Part shown: in pieces, positions 31,934 through 42,364 of the stretch
Numbering within the stretch: the first letter of the stretch is position 1
How the letters are laid out: every line of letters begins with the position of its first letter
Source of the DNA: an uncultured Candidatus Saccharibacteria bacterium
GTDB taxonomy: Bacteria; Patescibacteriota; Minisyncoccia; Phycocordibacterales; CAYGLL01
NCBI GenBank assembly: GCA_964350935.1
Contig: CAYGLL010000004.1
Coordinates: 9,267 to 73,266 of the forward strand
DNA length: 64,000 nt
Reading direction: 5' to 3'
Translations under genes and position numbers: made by a program
Notes under the pieces: model-generated
The model's input: the letters and a program-made list of their open reading frames with translations, nothing else
Databases searched by the model: none
Told to the model about the DNA's origin: nothing

Positions 31934-33034
31934 CTATCGTGAGTGCTTAGAAACGCTCAAAATGAGTCCACACGAGGCTAGCGCAAAGAAAAGAGCAGTT
32001 CCACCATGGCTTACAAAAAGAAGCGGTGTGCCAGCAAGCGGAATGAGTCCGGTGAGAGCGGCAATGTTGGTGAAGGTTTCACTCATGATAAGAGCGATGA
32101 TTCCAATGACGAGATTACGTCCAAAGAGATTGTGTGTTTTTCGGGCAATAATAAGTCCCCGAAGGCCTAAGAGTGCAAAAATACTAATGAGCGCGGCAGA
32201 TCCTAAAAAACCGAATTCCTCGGCAGCGATAGCAAAGATTGAGTCTGTGGTTGGTTCGGGTAAATAGCCGAATTTTTGAACACTCTGACCAAAACCTTTT
32301 CCAAAGAAACCGCCCGAACCGATAGCAATAAGTGACTGTTCGATCTGGTAGCCCGCCCCCAACGAATCAGTGGTTTGAGGATGAAGAAATGTTTTTACGC
32401 GCTCCTTAAGGTAGGGGCGCGTGGTGACGAGTCCCGCAAACATGAGCGCCCCAATGGCTAGGACCAGGAGTAGGTGTTTCCACCTCCCTCCCGCTCCTAT
32501 AAACATAGCAAGGCCGGCAATCACGATATAGCCGTAGGTGTCAGTATCGGGTTCAGTAAGCAGAACCGCGCCCACAACACCGAGGACGAGAAGAAGTGGC
32601 ACAAAACCACGCCCGAGGGTCGAAACCTGCTCTTTGCCAGTCGAAAGCAGTGACGCCAGGTAAATAATTGTTGCGAGTTTTAAAAATTCTGACGGCTGGA
32701 ATGAAAATGATCCCAGGTAGAGCCAGCGATAGGCGCCACCTGATGCCGCACCAATTCCCGGAACAAAAACGAGAAGAGTGAGTCCGAGTGAAAAAAGAAA
32801 GATCCAAAGGCCGAATTTTTTTAGTAACTGATAGTTAATGAAATTGCATATGATGAGGGCGATAAAGCCACCGACAACGCCGAGAAAAAATTGATTGGAA
32901 ACGGCGGAAAGAAAATTACTTTCCCCTTTTGATGAAATCAGGTTAAACGATGCCGAAGTAAAAATAAAAAAACCGACGGCAGTTACTACGACGGTGAGTG
33001 TGAGAAAAAGCTTGTCTACGCGACGTGTTCTCAT
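31934..33034 (-). CDS. ftsW: SEDS-family peptidoglycan glycosyltransferase FtsW/RodA
   Basis: 10-TM SEDS pattern, conserved ...PEP.TDSIFA... loop; position between mraY and murG. Confidence 0.85.
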   Translation of the reverse strand: MRTRRVDKLFLTLTVVVTAVGFFIFTSASFNLISSKGESNFLSAVSNQFFLGVVGGFIALIICNFINYQLLKKFGLWIFLFSLGLTLLVFVPGIGAASGGAYRWLYLGSFSFQPSEFLKLATIIYLASLLSTGKEQVSTLGRGFVPLLLVLGVVGAVLLTEPDTDTYGYIVIAGLAMFIGAGGRWKHLLLVLAIGALMFAGLVTTRPYLKERVKTFLHPQTTDSLGAGYQIEQSLIAIGSGGFFGKGFGQSVQKFGYLPEPTTDSIFAIAAEEFGFLGSAALISIFALLGLRGLIIARKTHNLFGRNLVIGIIALIMSETFTNIAALTGLIPLAGTPLLFVSHGGTALFFALASCGLILSVSKHSR

Positions 33035-33041
33035 AGTGTAC

Positions 33042-34139
33042 TTATACCACCCTTCCCATAAATGCGATGATCATGCCGATAATGGCGACGACAACCGAAA
33101 TAATCCAATAACGCATAGTGACCTTGTATCCCGGCCAGCCAACGGCTTCAAAGTGGTGGTGGAGTGGTGCAACAATGAAAACTTTTTTGCCCGCGCGCAG
33201 TTTCTTTGAGAGGAGTTGAACAATAACCGAGAGTGTTGTTACGAGAAGCGGGAGCGCGATGATGGGAAGCACAATAACGCCGTGGCCGTCTCCCAAGGCG
33301 TCAGTCATAAACGCAACAGTCGCAAGAGTGACGGTGAGTGCCATTGAGCCAGTCTCTGACATATAGAAGCGCGCCGGTGGAATGTTAAACCAAAGGAATG
33401 CGAGAATTGCACCGACGAGTGTTGCACAAAAGGCAGCAAGGTTGATCTGCCCCTGATTAAATGCAATGGCAGTGTATGCACTGAAGATAATTGCAAAGAT
33501 TCCTCCGGCTAAGCCATCAAGCCCATCAATAATTCCGCCGGAATAGACCGCCACCGTCGTGATAACGAAAAGCGGAATAATGAGAGGTCCGATCCAGACT
33601 TGTCCGATGAACGGAATACCAATTGAAGTAACATCGAGTTTGGTATAAAACCAAAGGCCCGAGAGAAATGATATGACAGCAACAATACCAATGCGGTGCT
33701 TGAGTGAGAGTCCGCCAGACACATGATTCCCCGTTCCCCGAATATCGAAAAGGTCATCTATGAGTCCGACGAGAGCGCCTGAGAGAAGCGTGGCTAGGGG
33801 TATCCATGTTTGATTGCGAGACAGGAAGTCGATTTTTTGAAGAAACGGAATAGGAAAAATTTTTGCAAAGATCCACACTAAGAGAATAGTAATGGTTGTT
33901 GAAAGCCAAATAATGCTTCCTCCCAGTTTGGGAGTACCCACCTCTTTGTGTTCGTGAAGTTTGTTAAAGATGGGTGTTTCGGTGCCATCAGGTGCAACTT
34001 TCCCTGCTTTTTTCTTCCACATCTGACTCCGATAGAGAAAGTTTGAAATGGGAAAAGAAAGAAGTATTCCCAAGGCAAAAGCAACTGTCGACGGCAAAAA
34101 TACTTTAACGATGTTGTCGATCGCGTCCATTGTACTCAA
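33042..34139 (-). CDS. mraY: phospho-N-acetylmuramoyl-pentapeptide transferase
   Basis: GTPKLGG motif, DD..D motifs (IDDLFDIRG, IDGLDGLAGG), HHHFE. Confidence 0.9.
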   Translation of the reverse strand: MSTMDAIDNIVKVFLPSTVAFALGILLSFPISNFLYRSQMWKKKAGKVAPDGTETPIFNKLHEHKEVGTPKLGGSIIWLSTTITILLVWIFAKIFPIPFLQKIDFLSRNQTWIPLATLLSGALVGLIDDLFDIRGTGNHVSGGLSLKHRIGIVAVISFLSGLWFYTKLDVTSIGIPFIGQVWIGPLIIPLFVITTVAVYSGGIIDGLDGLAGGIFAIIFSAYTAIAFNQGQINLAAFCATLVGAILAFLWFNIPPARFYMSETGSMALTVTLATVAFMTDALGDGHGVIVLPIIALPLLVTTLSVIVQLLSKKLRAGKKVFIVAPLHHHFEAVGWPGYKVTMRYWIISVVVAIIGMIIAFMGRVV

Positions 34140-34152
34140 TTATACCCAATAC

Positions 34153-35130
34153 CTACTTCTTTAAAAGGTAGTCTTCAGTTGCTTGCGCAAGAGTTTCGGT
34201 GTCGGTAAAGCGTCCCTCAAGTGTGGAACCTAAAACGACGATAACGATAGGGTGCGGCTGTGCTCGGGGTCCATCGAAGGCGACGACAAGATTCCCCCCC
34301 GCGAGGTCAGTGTATCCTGTTTTAGAGGCAATAATATTTGGGATTTTGCTAATCGCCTCGTTGGTGTTACTCGCGTTGTGCGTGATAAGACTACCAGATT
34401 TTACTTCGATTTTTTCCTTCCGCGTCGCATCCACAATCTCCGGTCTAAATTTTAGAATATAGGTCATAAGTTTGGAAACATCAGATGCGGAACCGCGCGC
34501 GCCCGGAGTTGTCGCATCTATATCGAGGCCGCTCTCATTTTTAAAGTCAGTGAGCGTAAGGCCAATTTTTTTTGCCTTTTGATTCATAAGCGAAATGAAA
34601 TGCTCGCGCCCCGATTGAGAGTTTTGAGTTCCGGTTGCAAGTCCTATTCCCTGCCAGGCTCCGATTGCTGATGCGATCGCACGTGCTCCATCATTTGAAG
34701 AAACGGTGAGCGTAAAGTCCGACAGATCCTGAAGTTTCCATATTTCATTGGGGCGAAGACCGTTATCCCCTTCGGCACTTAGCGCATCTTTATCGAGGGT
34801 AATAAGCGAATAACCAGGAGCAATCTCCGCGGCAACAAGCGCTGTCATGAGCTTAGTGATTGAGGCCAAGGGAAGCGCAGTGTCAGTGTTTTTGGCAAAG
34901 AGTACGTTATTAGTTTGTGTGTCAAAGACAATTGCAGCAGAAGCTTTGATCGAAACTTCAGGAAATGATTTCGGCGGCGGTTCAGGAGTTGGTGTTGGAG
35001 TGGACACGGTCGCGACTGGAGCGCCCTCGCCCTGGTGGTAGTGGGCAATAATAAATAACATGCCCGTAATCAGGATTACGGGTACGCTAATCGTACTAAC
35101 GATGAGAATAAAATCTTTCTTTCGTTCCAT
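34153..35130 (-). CDS. dacA: D-alanyl-D-alanine carboxypeptidase (S11, PBP5/6-like)
   Basis: SITK (SxxK), SSND (SxN), KTGYT (KTG) active-site triad; N-terminal membrane anchor. Confidence 0.8.
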   Translation of the reverse strand: MERKKDFILIVSTISVPVILITGMLFIIAHYHQGEGAPVATVSTPTPTPEPPPKSFPEVSIKASAAIVFDTQTNNVLFAKNTDTALPLASITKLMTALVAAEIAPGYSLITLDKDALSAEGDNGLRPNEIWKLQDLSDFTLTVSSNDGARAIASAIGAWQGIGLATGTQNSQSGREHFISLMNQKAKKIGLTLTDFKNESGLDIDATTPGARGSASDVSKLMTYILKFRPEIVDATRKEKIEVKSGSLITHNASNTNEAISKIPNIIASKTGYTDLAGGNLVVAFDGPRAQPHPIVIVVLGSTLEGRFTDTETLAQATEDYLLKK

Positions 35131-35136
35131 TGTTTG

Positions 35137-35730
35137 TTAGGTTTGCAAACCTGTCTCGGGTGGAGTTGTTGGCAGAGTGGGCTCTGTTTTCTTTTCTTCA
35201 TTTTCAGCCTCGCGTTTCCAGAGTTCCAGGTCCTCCTGAACCTTACCAAAATCCGGCAGATCTTCAACCTTTGTGACGCCGAGGTATGAAAGAAGTTCAA
35301 ATGAGCTTCGATAGAGGTACATGCGCTCATCTTTAGGGTCAGTGAATTTTTCGATTAATCCGCGAATGAGGAGATTTCGCAAAATGAAGGTTGAGTTTAC
35401 ACCACGGATGAAATCAATTTCACTCCGGCGCAGCGGCCCTTTATAGAGAATAATCGAAAGCGTTTCGAGTGTAGCTTTAGACAGCTCACGGTTTAGTTCG
35501 TCTTTGGTCAGTTTTTCAATCGTTTCGCCCATCGAGGGGGCGGTTCCGAGTGTTACCTCTTCCCCGATACGCTGCAACACGATTCCCCTTTGAGTGAGGT
35601 TTTGCTCAAGAATCTTTAGCGCCGCATCAATTTCCTCCGGAGTCTTTTTGGTGAATTCCGAAAGACGCTTAAGCGTTACTGGTTCCCCTTTCCAAAACAA
35701 CAAGGCCTCGATTTGCTTATCCAGATCCAT
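35137..35730 (-). CDS. scpB: segregation and condensation protein B
   Basis: IEALLFWKGEPVTL N-terminal wHTH signature, tandem winged helices. Confidence 0.8.
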   Translation of the reverse strand: MDLDKQIEALLFWKGEPVTLKRLSEFTKKTPEEIDAALKILEQNLTQRGIVLQRIGEEVTLGTAPSMGETIEKLTKDELNRELSKATLETLSIILYKGPLRRSEIDFIRGVNSTFILRNLLIRGLIEKFTDPKDERMYLYRSSFELLSYLGVTKVEDLPDFGKVQEDLELWKREAENEEKKTEPTLPTTPPETGLQT

Positions 35731-35875
35731 ATCGAAGTATTATACAGCACAAAACGGCCTGAAATATGAGTATAATTAGTTGACAAAGTGGTATATACTG
35801 TGCTATAATGTATGTAGAAAATAACTAACGACGTTAACTTGGGATTTCGTCAATCCACAAAAATACTGAAATGAT

Positions 35876-36100
35876 ATGATCGCCAACTTTATTTCCGGTT
35901 TTGCTAAAGGTTTGCAAGGGCCGGCCCTCGGAATCCTCATCACCTTCGGTCTCGTTCTGCTGGCACTAATTCTGTGGGCGGTACACAGTTGTCTGCCCCA
36001 GAGCTGGAAGACAGAATTTAAGTTCAACCAGGAATCCTATGGTTTCGCAGCTGTGCTGCTACTCGTCATCTTCGCCCTCATCGTGTTCTTTGCTCCATAG
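35876..36100 (+). CDS. small two-TM membrane protein
   Basis: ORF, hydrophobic; followed by strong terminator. Confidence 0.35.
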   Translation: MIANFISGFAKGLQGPALGILITFGLVLLALILWAVHSCLPQSWKTEFKFNQESYGFAAVLLLVIFALIVFFAP

Positions 36101-36105
36101 GGCCA

Positions 36106-36146
36106 AACCCTGATACCCCCTTCGCGCTTCGGCCGGAGGGGGTTTT
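36106..36146. terminator. bidirectional terminator
   Basis: cccccttcgcgcttcggccggaggggg hairpin followed by ttttc. Confidence 0.6.
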
Positions 36147-36149
36147 CAA

Positions 36150-36881
36150 TTACTGACTGTAGTTTGGTATGCCGACCTGATCGGTCTCAATTTCGATATC
36201 ACCATGACGCTCGTGCTGAGCGACGTTTACAATTCCCTGTTTGACGAGTTCAAGCATGGCAAGAAAGCCGACAATAATATTTACTTTGTCTTCTTTTCCG
36301 ACACCGGCAAACTCTTTAAAACTCATTTTAAGAGATGACTGAACACGGGTTGTGAGGCGTTCGATCATTTCTTCAAGGCTGATTACTTTTTTGACGATGG
36401 TTTGCGGCAGTACCTCTTTGCGCGGAAGCGCCTGAAGTGCATTTTTGATTCCCTGCAAGAGGGTTTGTGTTGAGAGTGTGGGTCCGGGTGAAAACACCGG
36501 CATCGGTTCTACAAAGGAGCGGGGAAAAATAATATGTGTGCCAAACATGCTCTGAACGTTGACCGAAAGTTCCTTCATGCGCTTATAAATCTTCAGGCGC
36601 ATTTCAAGCTCCTCAATTGAGGTCTGCTCTTCTTCGGAGAGCGGGAGCGATGGCAGGAGTGAGCGTGACTTAATGAGAAGGAGTGTCGAGGCAATCAGAA
36701 TGAAGTCAGCTGAGTCTGCAATTGGGAAACTCTCGAACTGCTTAACATGGAAAATATAGTCGTCGGTTACACTCGCGAGCGTTATATCGCTAATGGAAAG
36801 TTTGCGTTTTTCGATGAGCGAAAGGAGAAGGTCCAACGGCCCCTGAAAAGCTTGTGTCTTTACTTGAAAGGTTGTTGCCAC
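36150..36881 (-). CDS. scpA: segregation and condensation protein A
   Basis: F.GPLDLLL..I....L.I.DI.L kleisin N-terminus; 4-nt spacing from aspS. Confidence 0.8.
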   Translation of the reverse strand: MATTFQVKTQAFQGPLDLLLSLIEKRKLSISDITLASVTDDYIFHVKQFESFPIADSADFILIASTLLLIKSRSLLPSLPLSEEEQTSIEELEMRLKIYKRMKELSVNVQSMFGTHIIFPRSFVEPMPVFSPGPTLSTQTLLQGIKNALQALPRKEVLPQTIVKKVISLEEMIERLTTRVQSSLKMSFKEFAGVGKEDKVNIIVGFLAMLELVKQGIVNVAQHERHGDIEIETDQVGIPNYSQ

Positions 36882-36887
36882 GGGAAG

Positions 36888-38219
36888 TTAGTTTGAGAGA
36901 AGGGTGTCGATACGATTGAGGTCGCGCGGGAAAAGCGTCGCTTCTTTGACGTTGTCGATACTGAGGAATTTCCCGGTAAGTCGCTCCAGTCCCATACCGA
37001 ATCCGCCGTGTGGTGGCAGGCCGTATTTGAAAGCTTGCAGATAAAACGCAAAGCGTTCCGGATCCAGTTTCTTTTCTTTCATGGAGGCGACGAGAGCGTC
37101 GTAGTCATGTATACGCTGAGCGCCTGTTGTTATCTCAACTCCCCTAAAGAGAAGGTCGAAGCCTTTTGTGTACGTCGGATCTTTTTCATCACGATAGGTG
37201 TAAAAAGGCCGCTTGCTTGTCGGGAAGTGCGTGACGAAGATAAAGTCCGAGTTCAACTGTTTATGAGCGTAATCACAAAGGAAGCGTTCGTGCTCAGGTT
37301 CGAGGTCGGGTTCTTCCGTGCAGTCCTTTCCGGTTTCTTTAGTAATAAGCACCTGGGCCTCACGGAGGGTCATCGCGGGGATCTCTTTCGGTACAACAGG
37401 TATTTCTGCCTTGAGTAGTGTAAATTCTTTAGCGCAGTTTTCACGCAGATTTTTTTCAAGGGCGATTAAAAACTGAGTTTCAATCTTCATCACGTCAGTG
37501 TGGTCTTCAATAAAACCCATCTCGATGTCGAGCGAGGTGTATTCATTCAAATGTCGGGTGGTCGAATGTTTTTCTGCGCGGTAGACGTTTCCGACAGCAA
37601 AGACACGCTCAAAGACGCCGACCATAATTTGTTTATAGAGTTGAGGGCTTTGTGCCAGATGTGCGGTGTGTTTGAAATACGTAACGTCAAATGAGTTCGC
37701 TCCCCCTTCGGCATCATCGCCGATAAGTTTGGGAGCCTGAAACTCAACGAAGCCTTCACTCGTGAAAAAGCCGCGGAACGTTTTAACGATTTCAGCCTGA
37801 ACTTTAAAAATTGCACGGTGTTTTTCGTCCCGAAGTGTCAGAGGAAGATTGTCTAAATAGGTATCAATATTGATCTCGGTGCCAAGTTCAAAAGGAAGCT
37901 CTTTGGCCGCAGCTAAAATGGTTATGTCCAAAATTTCGAGCTCAATCGTCCCGTTGTCCTCGTCCTTGTTAACCATTTTGTCCGGACGTTTGTTGACGTT
38001 TCCTTTTACGTTGATCACCCACTCAGGGCGAACAGTGCTCGCAAGAGCATGAGCCTCTTTGTGGTTTGGAAGTGCAACCATCTGTACTTTTCCTGACGCG
38101 TCACGCAGATCAATAAAAATAAGTTTGCCATGATCGCGACGAATATCCACCGAGCCTGCAATGGTAACTTCGGTGCCGATATGGTTTTTGAGATTGCCAA
38201 TATAGACGCGGTTTTTCAT
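36888..38219 (-). CDS. aspS: aspartyl-tRNA synthetase, archaeal/eukaryotic type (likely non-discriminating)
   Basis: N-terminal OB fold; class II motifs; GAQRIHDYDAL..FYLQAFKYGLPPHGGFGMGLERL closely matches archaeal-type AspRS; 443 aa. Confidence 0.8.
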   Translation of the reverse strand: MKNRVYIGNLKNHIGTEVTIAGSVDIRRDHGKLIFIDLRDASGKVQMVALPNHKEAHALASTVRPEWVINVKGNVNKRPDKMVNKDEDNGTIELEILDITILAAAKELPFELGTEINIDTYLDNLPLTLRDEKHRAIFKVQAEIVKTFRGFFTSEGFVEFQAPKLIGDDAEGGANSFDVTYFKHTAHLAQSPQLYKQIMVGVFERVFAVGNVYRAEKHSTTRHLNEYTSLDIEMGFIEDHTDVMKIETQFLIALEKNLRENCAKEFTLLKAEIPVVPKEIPAMTLREAQVLITKETGKDCTEEPDLEPEHERFLCDYAHKQLNSDFIFVTHFPTSKRPFYTYRDEKDPTYTKGFDLLFRGVEITTGAQRIHDYDALVASMKEKKLDPERFAFYLQAFKYGLPPHGGFGMGLERLTGKFLSIDNVKEATLFPRDLNRIDTLLSN

Positions 38220-38330
38220 AAGGAAAATACTAACAAAAAAGAGCCCTCCTGTATATTTATATTGAACGTGGTATTAAAAAACCGCCACACTAGGCAGCGG
38301 TTGAAGGCGGCGTAACAGTCGGGGTTTGGT

Positions 38331-38765
38331 CTACGCGCCATTTTGCTGGTGCTCGTTATCATATCGCCGATTAAGTTTAAGCCGGCGGTTTCGTTCGGCA
38401 GCAAGTATTGGCGTAACAGTCTCACGGATTTGTCGTGGTGTGTGACGAGCTGTGATGACAGCAACGAGGATCTTAGTGCTATAGCGACCCTCTTGTTGGT
38501 TATCGCGAAACCTGCGTGCCTCATGACGAGAACTTTTGAGCTGAAGAAGGATCCTGCCTACGTCAGTCAAAAATATAAGGTCAATCCCCCGCGACTCTTC
38601 TTTCTCGTTGGAGTGGCAGACTTCAGTTATCCAGGGTATCCGCTCTGGAAGTGGAAAGTCAGTTGTGTATGCATGTAGAACGCGCACCTCATTGTTCATA
38701 CCGACCTCGACGGTGGTTTGTCCAATGATCTGCAGGATTCGTCCAGGGTGTGAACGTCGTTTCAA
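38331..38765 (-). CDS. hypothetical basic protein in higher-GC segment
   Basis: 144-aa ORF only; opposite-strand ORF judged spurious; no family recognised. Confidence 0.25.
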   Translation of the reverse strand: MKRRSHPGRILQIIGQTTVEVGMNNEVRVLHAYTTDFPLPERIPWITEVCHSNEKEESRGIDLIFLTDVGRILLQLKSSRHEARRFRDNQQEGRYSTKILVAVITARHTPRQIRETVTPILAAERNRRLKLNRRYDNEHQQNGA

Positions 38766-38838
38766 GTGGCCTCCGGGTTAGGGGTCTTTCGCATATGTTA
38801 CACGAAAAAGCCACATCGTCAATGGCACGACCTGGGCT

Positions 38839-40689
38839 CTATTCGCGGAGGCCGATCTGAAGCTCGTAGAGACGGCGATACTCCCCGCCCTGAATTTTAA
38901 GGAGCTCGTCATGTTTCCCCTTTTCAATTACCCGCCCGTCTTTAAAGACAAGGATCACGTCGGCTTTACGGACCGTTGAAAGACGGTGCGCGATAATAAA
39001 GGTAGTTTTACCTTTCATAAGGCTCTCCAAAGACTTGGTGATGATCTGCTCTGATCCGGCATCGAGAGCCGAGGTAGGCTCATCGAGAATCAAAATTTTC
39101 GGATTGCGCAAAATCGCGCGGGCAATGGCGATGCGTTGTTTTTGTCCGACTGAAAGTTTGACGCCACGTTCCCCCACAATCTGTTTCCACTTTTCAGGAA
39201 ATTTTTCAATAAAATCATACGCGTGTGCGTTTTTGGCGGCCTCACGCGCCTGTTCCTCGGTTGCACTGAAGTTGCCGTAGCGGATATTGTGGAGAATAGT
39301 GTCGTTAAAAAGAACAACTTCCTGCGGGACGATGCCAATCTGCTGGCGCAGCGACGTGAGATCGAGCGTTTCAATCGGCGCTCCGTCAATCAGCACTTTC
39401 CCTTCGTTGGCAAAATGGTAGCCGGAAATAAGTTCGACGAGCGTTGATTTTCCAACACCTGACTCACCGACGAGTGCAACGACCTGTCCGGCTTTTACCT
39501 CAAAACTAATGTCCTGAAGAACGGGCTTCTTTGTTTCGTATCTGAATGAAACATTTTCAAGTTTAAGATTTCCCTTAATTTCCGTGTGTTTCGGTTCGCC
39601 GCTCGGATGATAATTTTCTGGTTTTTCATTGAGAATCGCCTCAGCCTCTTCGAGTTGGATAACGCCGTTTTGAATGGTCTGCCAGTTCCGCCCCACAACC
39701 ACAAAGGGACCGAACATCATCGAGGCGTAGGCATTGAATGCGAGTAGATCTCCAAGTGTCATCTCACCCTGGGAAATAAAGATGACGGAAGATATAAAAA
39801 TAACGAGCTGTGTGGCGAGAATAATGACACGCTGAGCCAGTGTCAGGTTGCTCCAGACTTTATTCATTTTGCTCCAGAGGTTGAGTACCGGACCTTTGAG
39901 GAGTGATGACATGCGATTTGCCTCGTATTCTTCCGCCGTTGCCTGTTTAATTGCATGTGCGTTTCCGACAAGATCAAAGCTGTCACCGAACGCGCGCCAG
40001 AGGTGTGTCTGGTACTCGCGTTGAATTTCAGCAATAGGAGAAACTGATCGCACCAAAACGATTGAATAGATCAAAACTCCGGCAAGGAGCGCAAGTGCAA
40101 GCAAAGGTTGAATGGTATAGCCGATAACGAGCGCAATCGCGATAGAAAGAAACTGCGGAGCAAGATCGATGACAATGCGTCCGATAATAGTCTCAAGTGA
40201 AAAAGCAGCGCGGTTTAGTTTCTCTCCGATTTCGCCGATTTTTTTTGTTTTATGAAAAGCCATCGGGAGCATCAGAAGATGCGCGATGCCTTTCCCCCAG
40301 TAGTCCACCCAGACGGCGTTTGAGAAGTTTTCACTCTTGATGTTGATCTGCCAGTCAACGAGATAGGTAATCACCTGGATGACTGCCCAGAATGAAAGCA
40401 GTGCTGCATAGAGCGGAACGGTGTATTCCCTGAACGTGTATATATCGGGTACGATAATTGAGTCAAAAAATCTTCCGGCAATGTAGGGTACCAGGCCGTT
40501 TCCAAATGCTGAGATAATACCGAAGGTTGAAAGTGCAATAGTTTCCTTCCGGTACTTTTTGAGGTATCTCAGAAGAACCTGAAAACTTTGTTTGAGCCCT
40601 TTTCTGGTTACTTTTTCAACGTCAGGCGTCGATGTTGTCTCAGGTGTCCCCACCTCTTCCTTTTTCTCTGGTTCCTGTTTGTCGCTCAT
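38839..40689 (-). CDS. ABC exporter, fused permease/ATPase (MsbA-like)
   Basis: 6-TM domain; Walker A GESGVGKST; LSVGQKQRIAIARA; Walker B ILILDEPTSALD. Confidence 0.85.
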   Translation of the reverse strand: MSDKQEPEKKEEVGTPETTSTPDVEKVTRKGLKQSFQVLLRYLKKYRKETIALSTFGIISAFGNGLVPYIAGRFFDSIIVPDIYTFREYTVPLYAALLSFWAVIQVITYLVDWQINIKSENFSNAVWVDYWGKGIAHLLMLPMAFHKTKKIGEIGEKLNRAAFSLETIIGRIVIDLAPQFLSIAIALVIGYTIQPLLALALLAGVLIYSIVLVRSVSPIAEIQREYQTHLWRAFGDSFDLVGNAHAIKQATAEEYEANRMSSLLKGPVLNLWSKMNKVWSNLTLAQRVIILATQLVIFISSVIFISQGEMTLGDLLAFNAYASMMFGPFVVVGRNWQTIQNGVIQLEEAEAILNEKPENYHPSGEPKHTEIKGNLKLENVSFRYETKKPVLQDISFEVKAGQVVALVGESGVGKSTLVELISGYHFANEGKVLIDGAPIETLDLTSLRQQIGIVPQEVVLFNDTILHNIRYGNFSATEEQAREAAKNAHAYDFIEKFPEKWKQIVGERGVKLSVGQKQRIAIARAILRNPKILILDEPTSALDAGSEQIITKSLESLMKGKTTFIIAHRLSTVRKADVILVFKDGRVIEKGKHDELLKIQGGEYRRLYELQIGLRE

Positions 40690-40845
40690 AGTTCATCCAT
40701 ACTATCAAAACTCTCATGAATGAACTATTAACGGTGACTTGACATTCTTCATAAAAAATGTAGTTTAAGTTTAGATGAATTTACACCAGTTCACCACATA
40801 CAAGGCCCTGCTTTAAGCGCGGCCACAACAAAGGAAACACGCTGA

Positions 40846-41754
40846 ATGAAAGATGAGAAACTAATTAAAGAGGCTCGCAAAATCGCGAGACCTTTCTGTA
40901 TTACGGACGGTAAGAAGTTTCGGCTCAAGTCGGTTTCGCCCAATTATGCTGATCGCTTTACCAAGGAGGATAAGAAGCGGGGCAAAGAACTTTTAGCCGA
41001 GTGTGTGTTGCACATCGGCGAGCTTCAGGAACAGCTTTTTGTGAACGGCCAGTTCGGCGTTCTTATCATGCTTCAGGGAATGGACGCCTGCGGAAAGGAC
41101 AGCATCATCCGCGCTGTTTTGGAGGCGGTAAATCCTCAGGGTTGCATCGTCCACTCATTTAAGGAACCCTCCCGTGAGGAACTTGCTCATAACTTCCAGT
41201 TTCGAATTGAAAGGTGCGCTCCCCGTCGTGGTTTTATCACGGTTCACAATCGTGGCATCAACGAGGAGGTTCTCGTGGTGCGGGTGCATCCGGAACTTTT
41301 GGTCAAACAAGGGATTCCCGAGCATCTGATCACTGATCGAATTTGGGACGATCGGTTTGAGGACATTCGAGCCTTTGAACGCCGTCAGGTGAAGAACGGT
41401 TTCGTTGTGCTGAAGTTCATGCCCCATGTTTCCAAAGCGAAACAGAAAGAACGTTTGCTTGAGCGCTTCTCAATGCCTGCCAAGTATTTCAAGGCATCGA
41501 TCCGCGATGTTCAAGAACGGAAGCTTTGGAAAGGTTACATGTGGGCGTACGAAGAGATGGTGCGCAATACGGCGACCAAACACGCGCCGTGGTACGTGGT
41601 TCCGGCCGACAGAAAGTGGTTTGCCAAGTTGGTGGTGGCCTGCGCCATTATCGAGAGGCTTTCCGGAATTGGTCTTTCGTACCCGAAAATGGATGCCAAG
41701 AGCAAGAAGCTGCTCGAGGCAACCCGACAGGTATTGATGAGAAAAGGTGCTTGA
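40846..41754 (+). CDS. ppk2: polyphosphate kinase 2 family nucleotide phosphotransferase
   Basis: Walker A QGMDACGKDS, FQFRIE, VHNRG, lid region typical of PPK2. Confidence 0.75.
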   Translation: MKDEKLIKEARKIARPFCITDGKKFRLKSVSPNYADRFTKEDKKRGKELLAECVLHIGELQEQLFVNGQFGVLIMLQGMDACGKDSIIRAVLEAVNPQGCIVHSFKEPSREELAHNFQFRIERCAPRRGFITVHNRGINEEVLVVRVHPELLVKQGIPEHLITDRIWDDRFEDIRAFERRQVKNGFVVLKFMPHVSKAKQKERLLERFSMPAKYFKASIRDVQERKLWKGYMWAYEEMVRNTATKHAPWYVVPADRKWFAKLVVACAIIERLSGIGLSYPKMDAKSKKLLEATRQVLMRKGA

Positions 41755-41894
41755 TCTTTGGTTCTCTCTACCGCACTCCAGAAATGGAGTGCGGTTTTTG
41801 TTTTCGTAGAAGACTATTGACAAAATTACTAAAAATAGTATTTTAGAATTAGTAATTTGATCCTTAACTAAAACACTCAACAGAAAGGCGATTT

Positions 41895-42269
41895 GTGAAG
41901 ATTCTTTTTCCTTTTGGTTTTTTGCTCGCGTTCCTGTTTTGCGGCTGCGATGGCGGCAAAACAGCTGCAGTTGATGCTGGGAATCCGAGTAATTCTCAGT
42001 ATCTAGCAAAAGATCCCGGAATCACGGGCGAAGAAATTAATTATGGTCAGGGCGTCTGGTACTTTCCTTCGACAGAAGCGAAGTTCGCAAATGCTCTCGC
42101 CAAGTTTCTCTCAAAAAACCAGCATCTTGAGGTCGTTGCCATGACGGGAAATGTAGTTCGTCGAAACGGGCCGAAAAATAAACCTCTCTCGGACAACAGT
42201 TTTGGCGCTGAAACTGAGTACGGTGCCGCAATAGGTTACTTTGTTGTTTTTCGGGAGAAGGTGAAGTGA
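41895..42269 (+). CDS. putative lipoprotein
   Basis: signal peptide with FLFCGC lipobox-like Cys; no family recognised. Confidence 0.4.
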   Translation: MKILFPFGFLLAFLFCGCDGGKTAAVDAGNPSNSQYLAKDPGITGEEINYGQGVWYFPSTEAKFANALAKFLSKNQHLEVVAMTGNVVRRNGPKNKPLSDNSFGAETEYGAAIGYFVVFREKVK

Positions 42270-42285
42270 CGGATATTTTCAGACA

Positions 42286-42316
42286 TCCGCTCGTGCAATG
42301 CACGAGCGGATTTTTT
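42286..42316 (+). terminator. Rho-independent terminator
   Basis: ccgctcgtgcaatgcacgagcgg hairpin followed by attttttatt. Confidence 0.65.
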
Positions 42317-42364
42317 ATTGACACAAATTAATTAATGTAGTAATTTCACTTTCGGAACGAAAGT

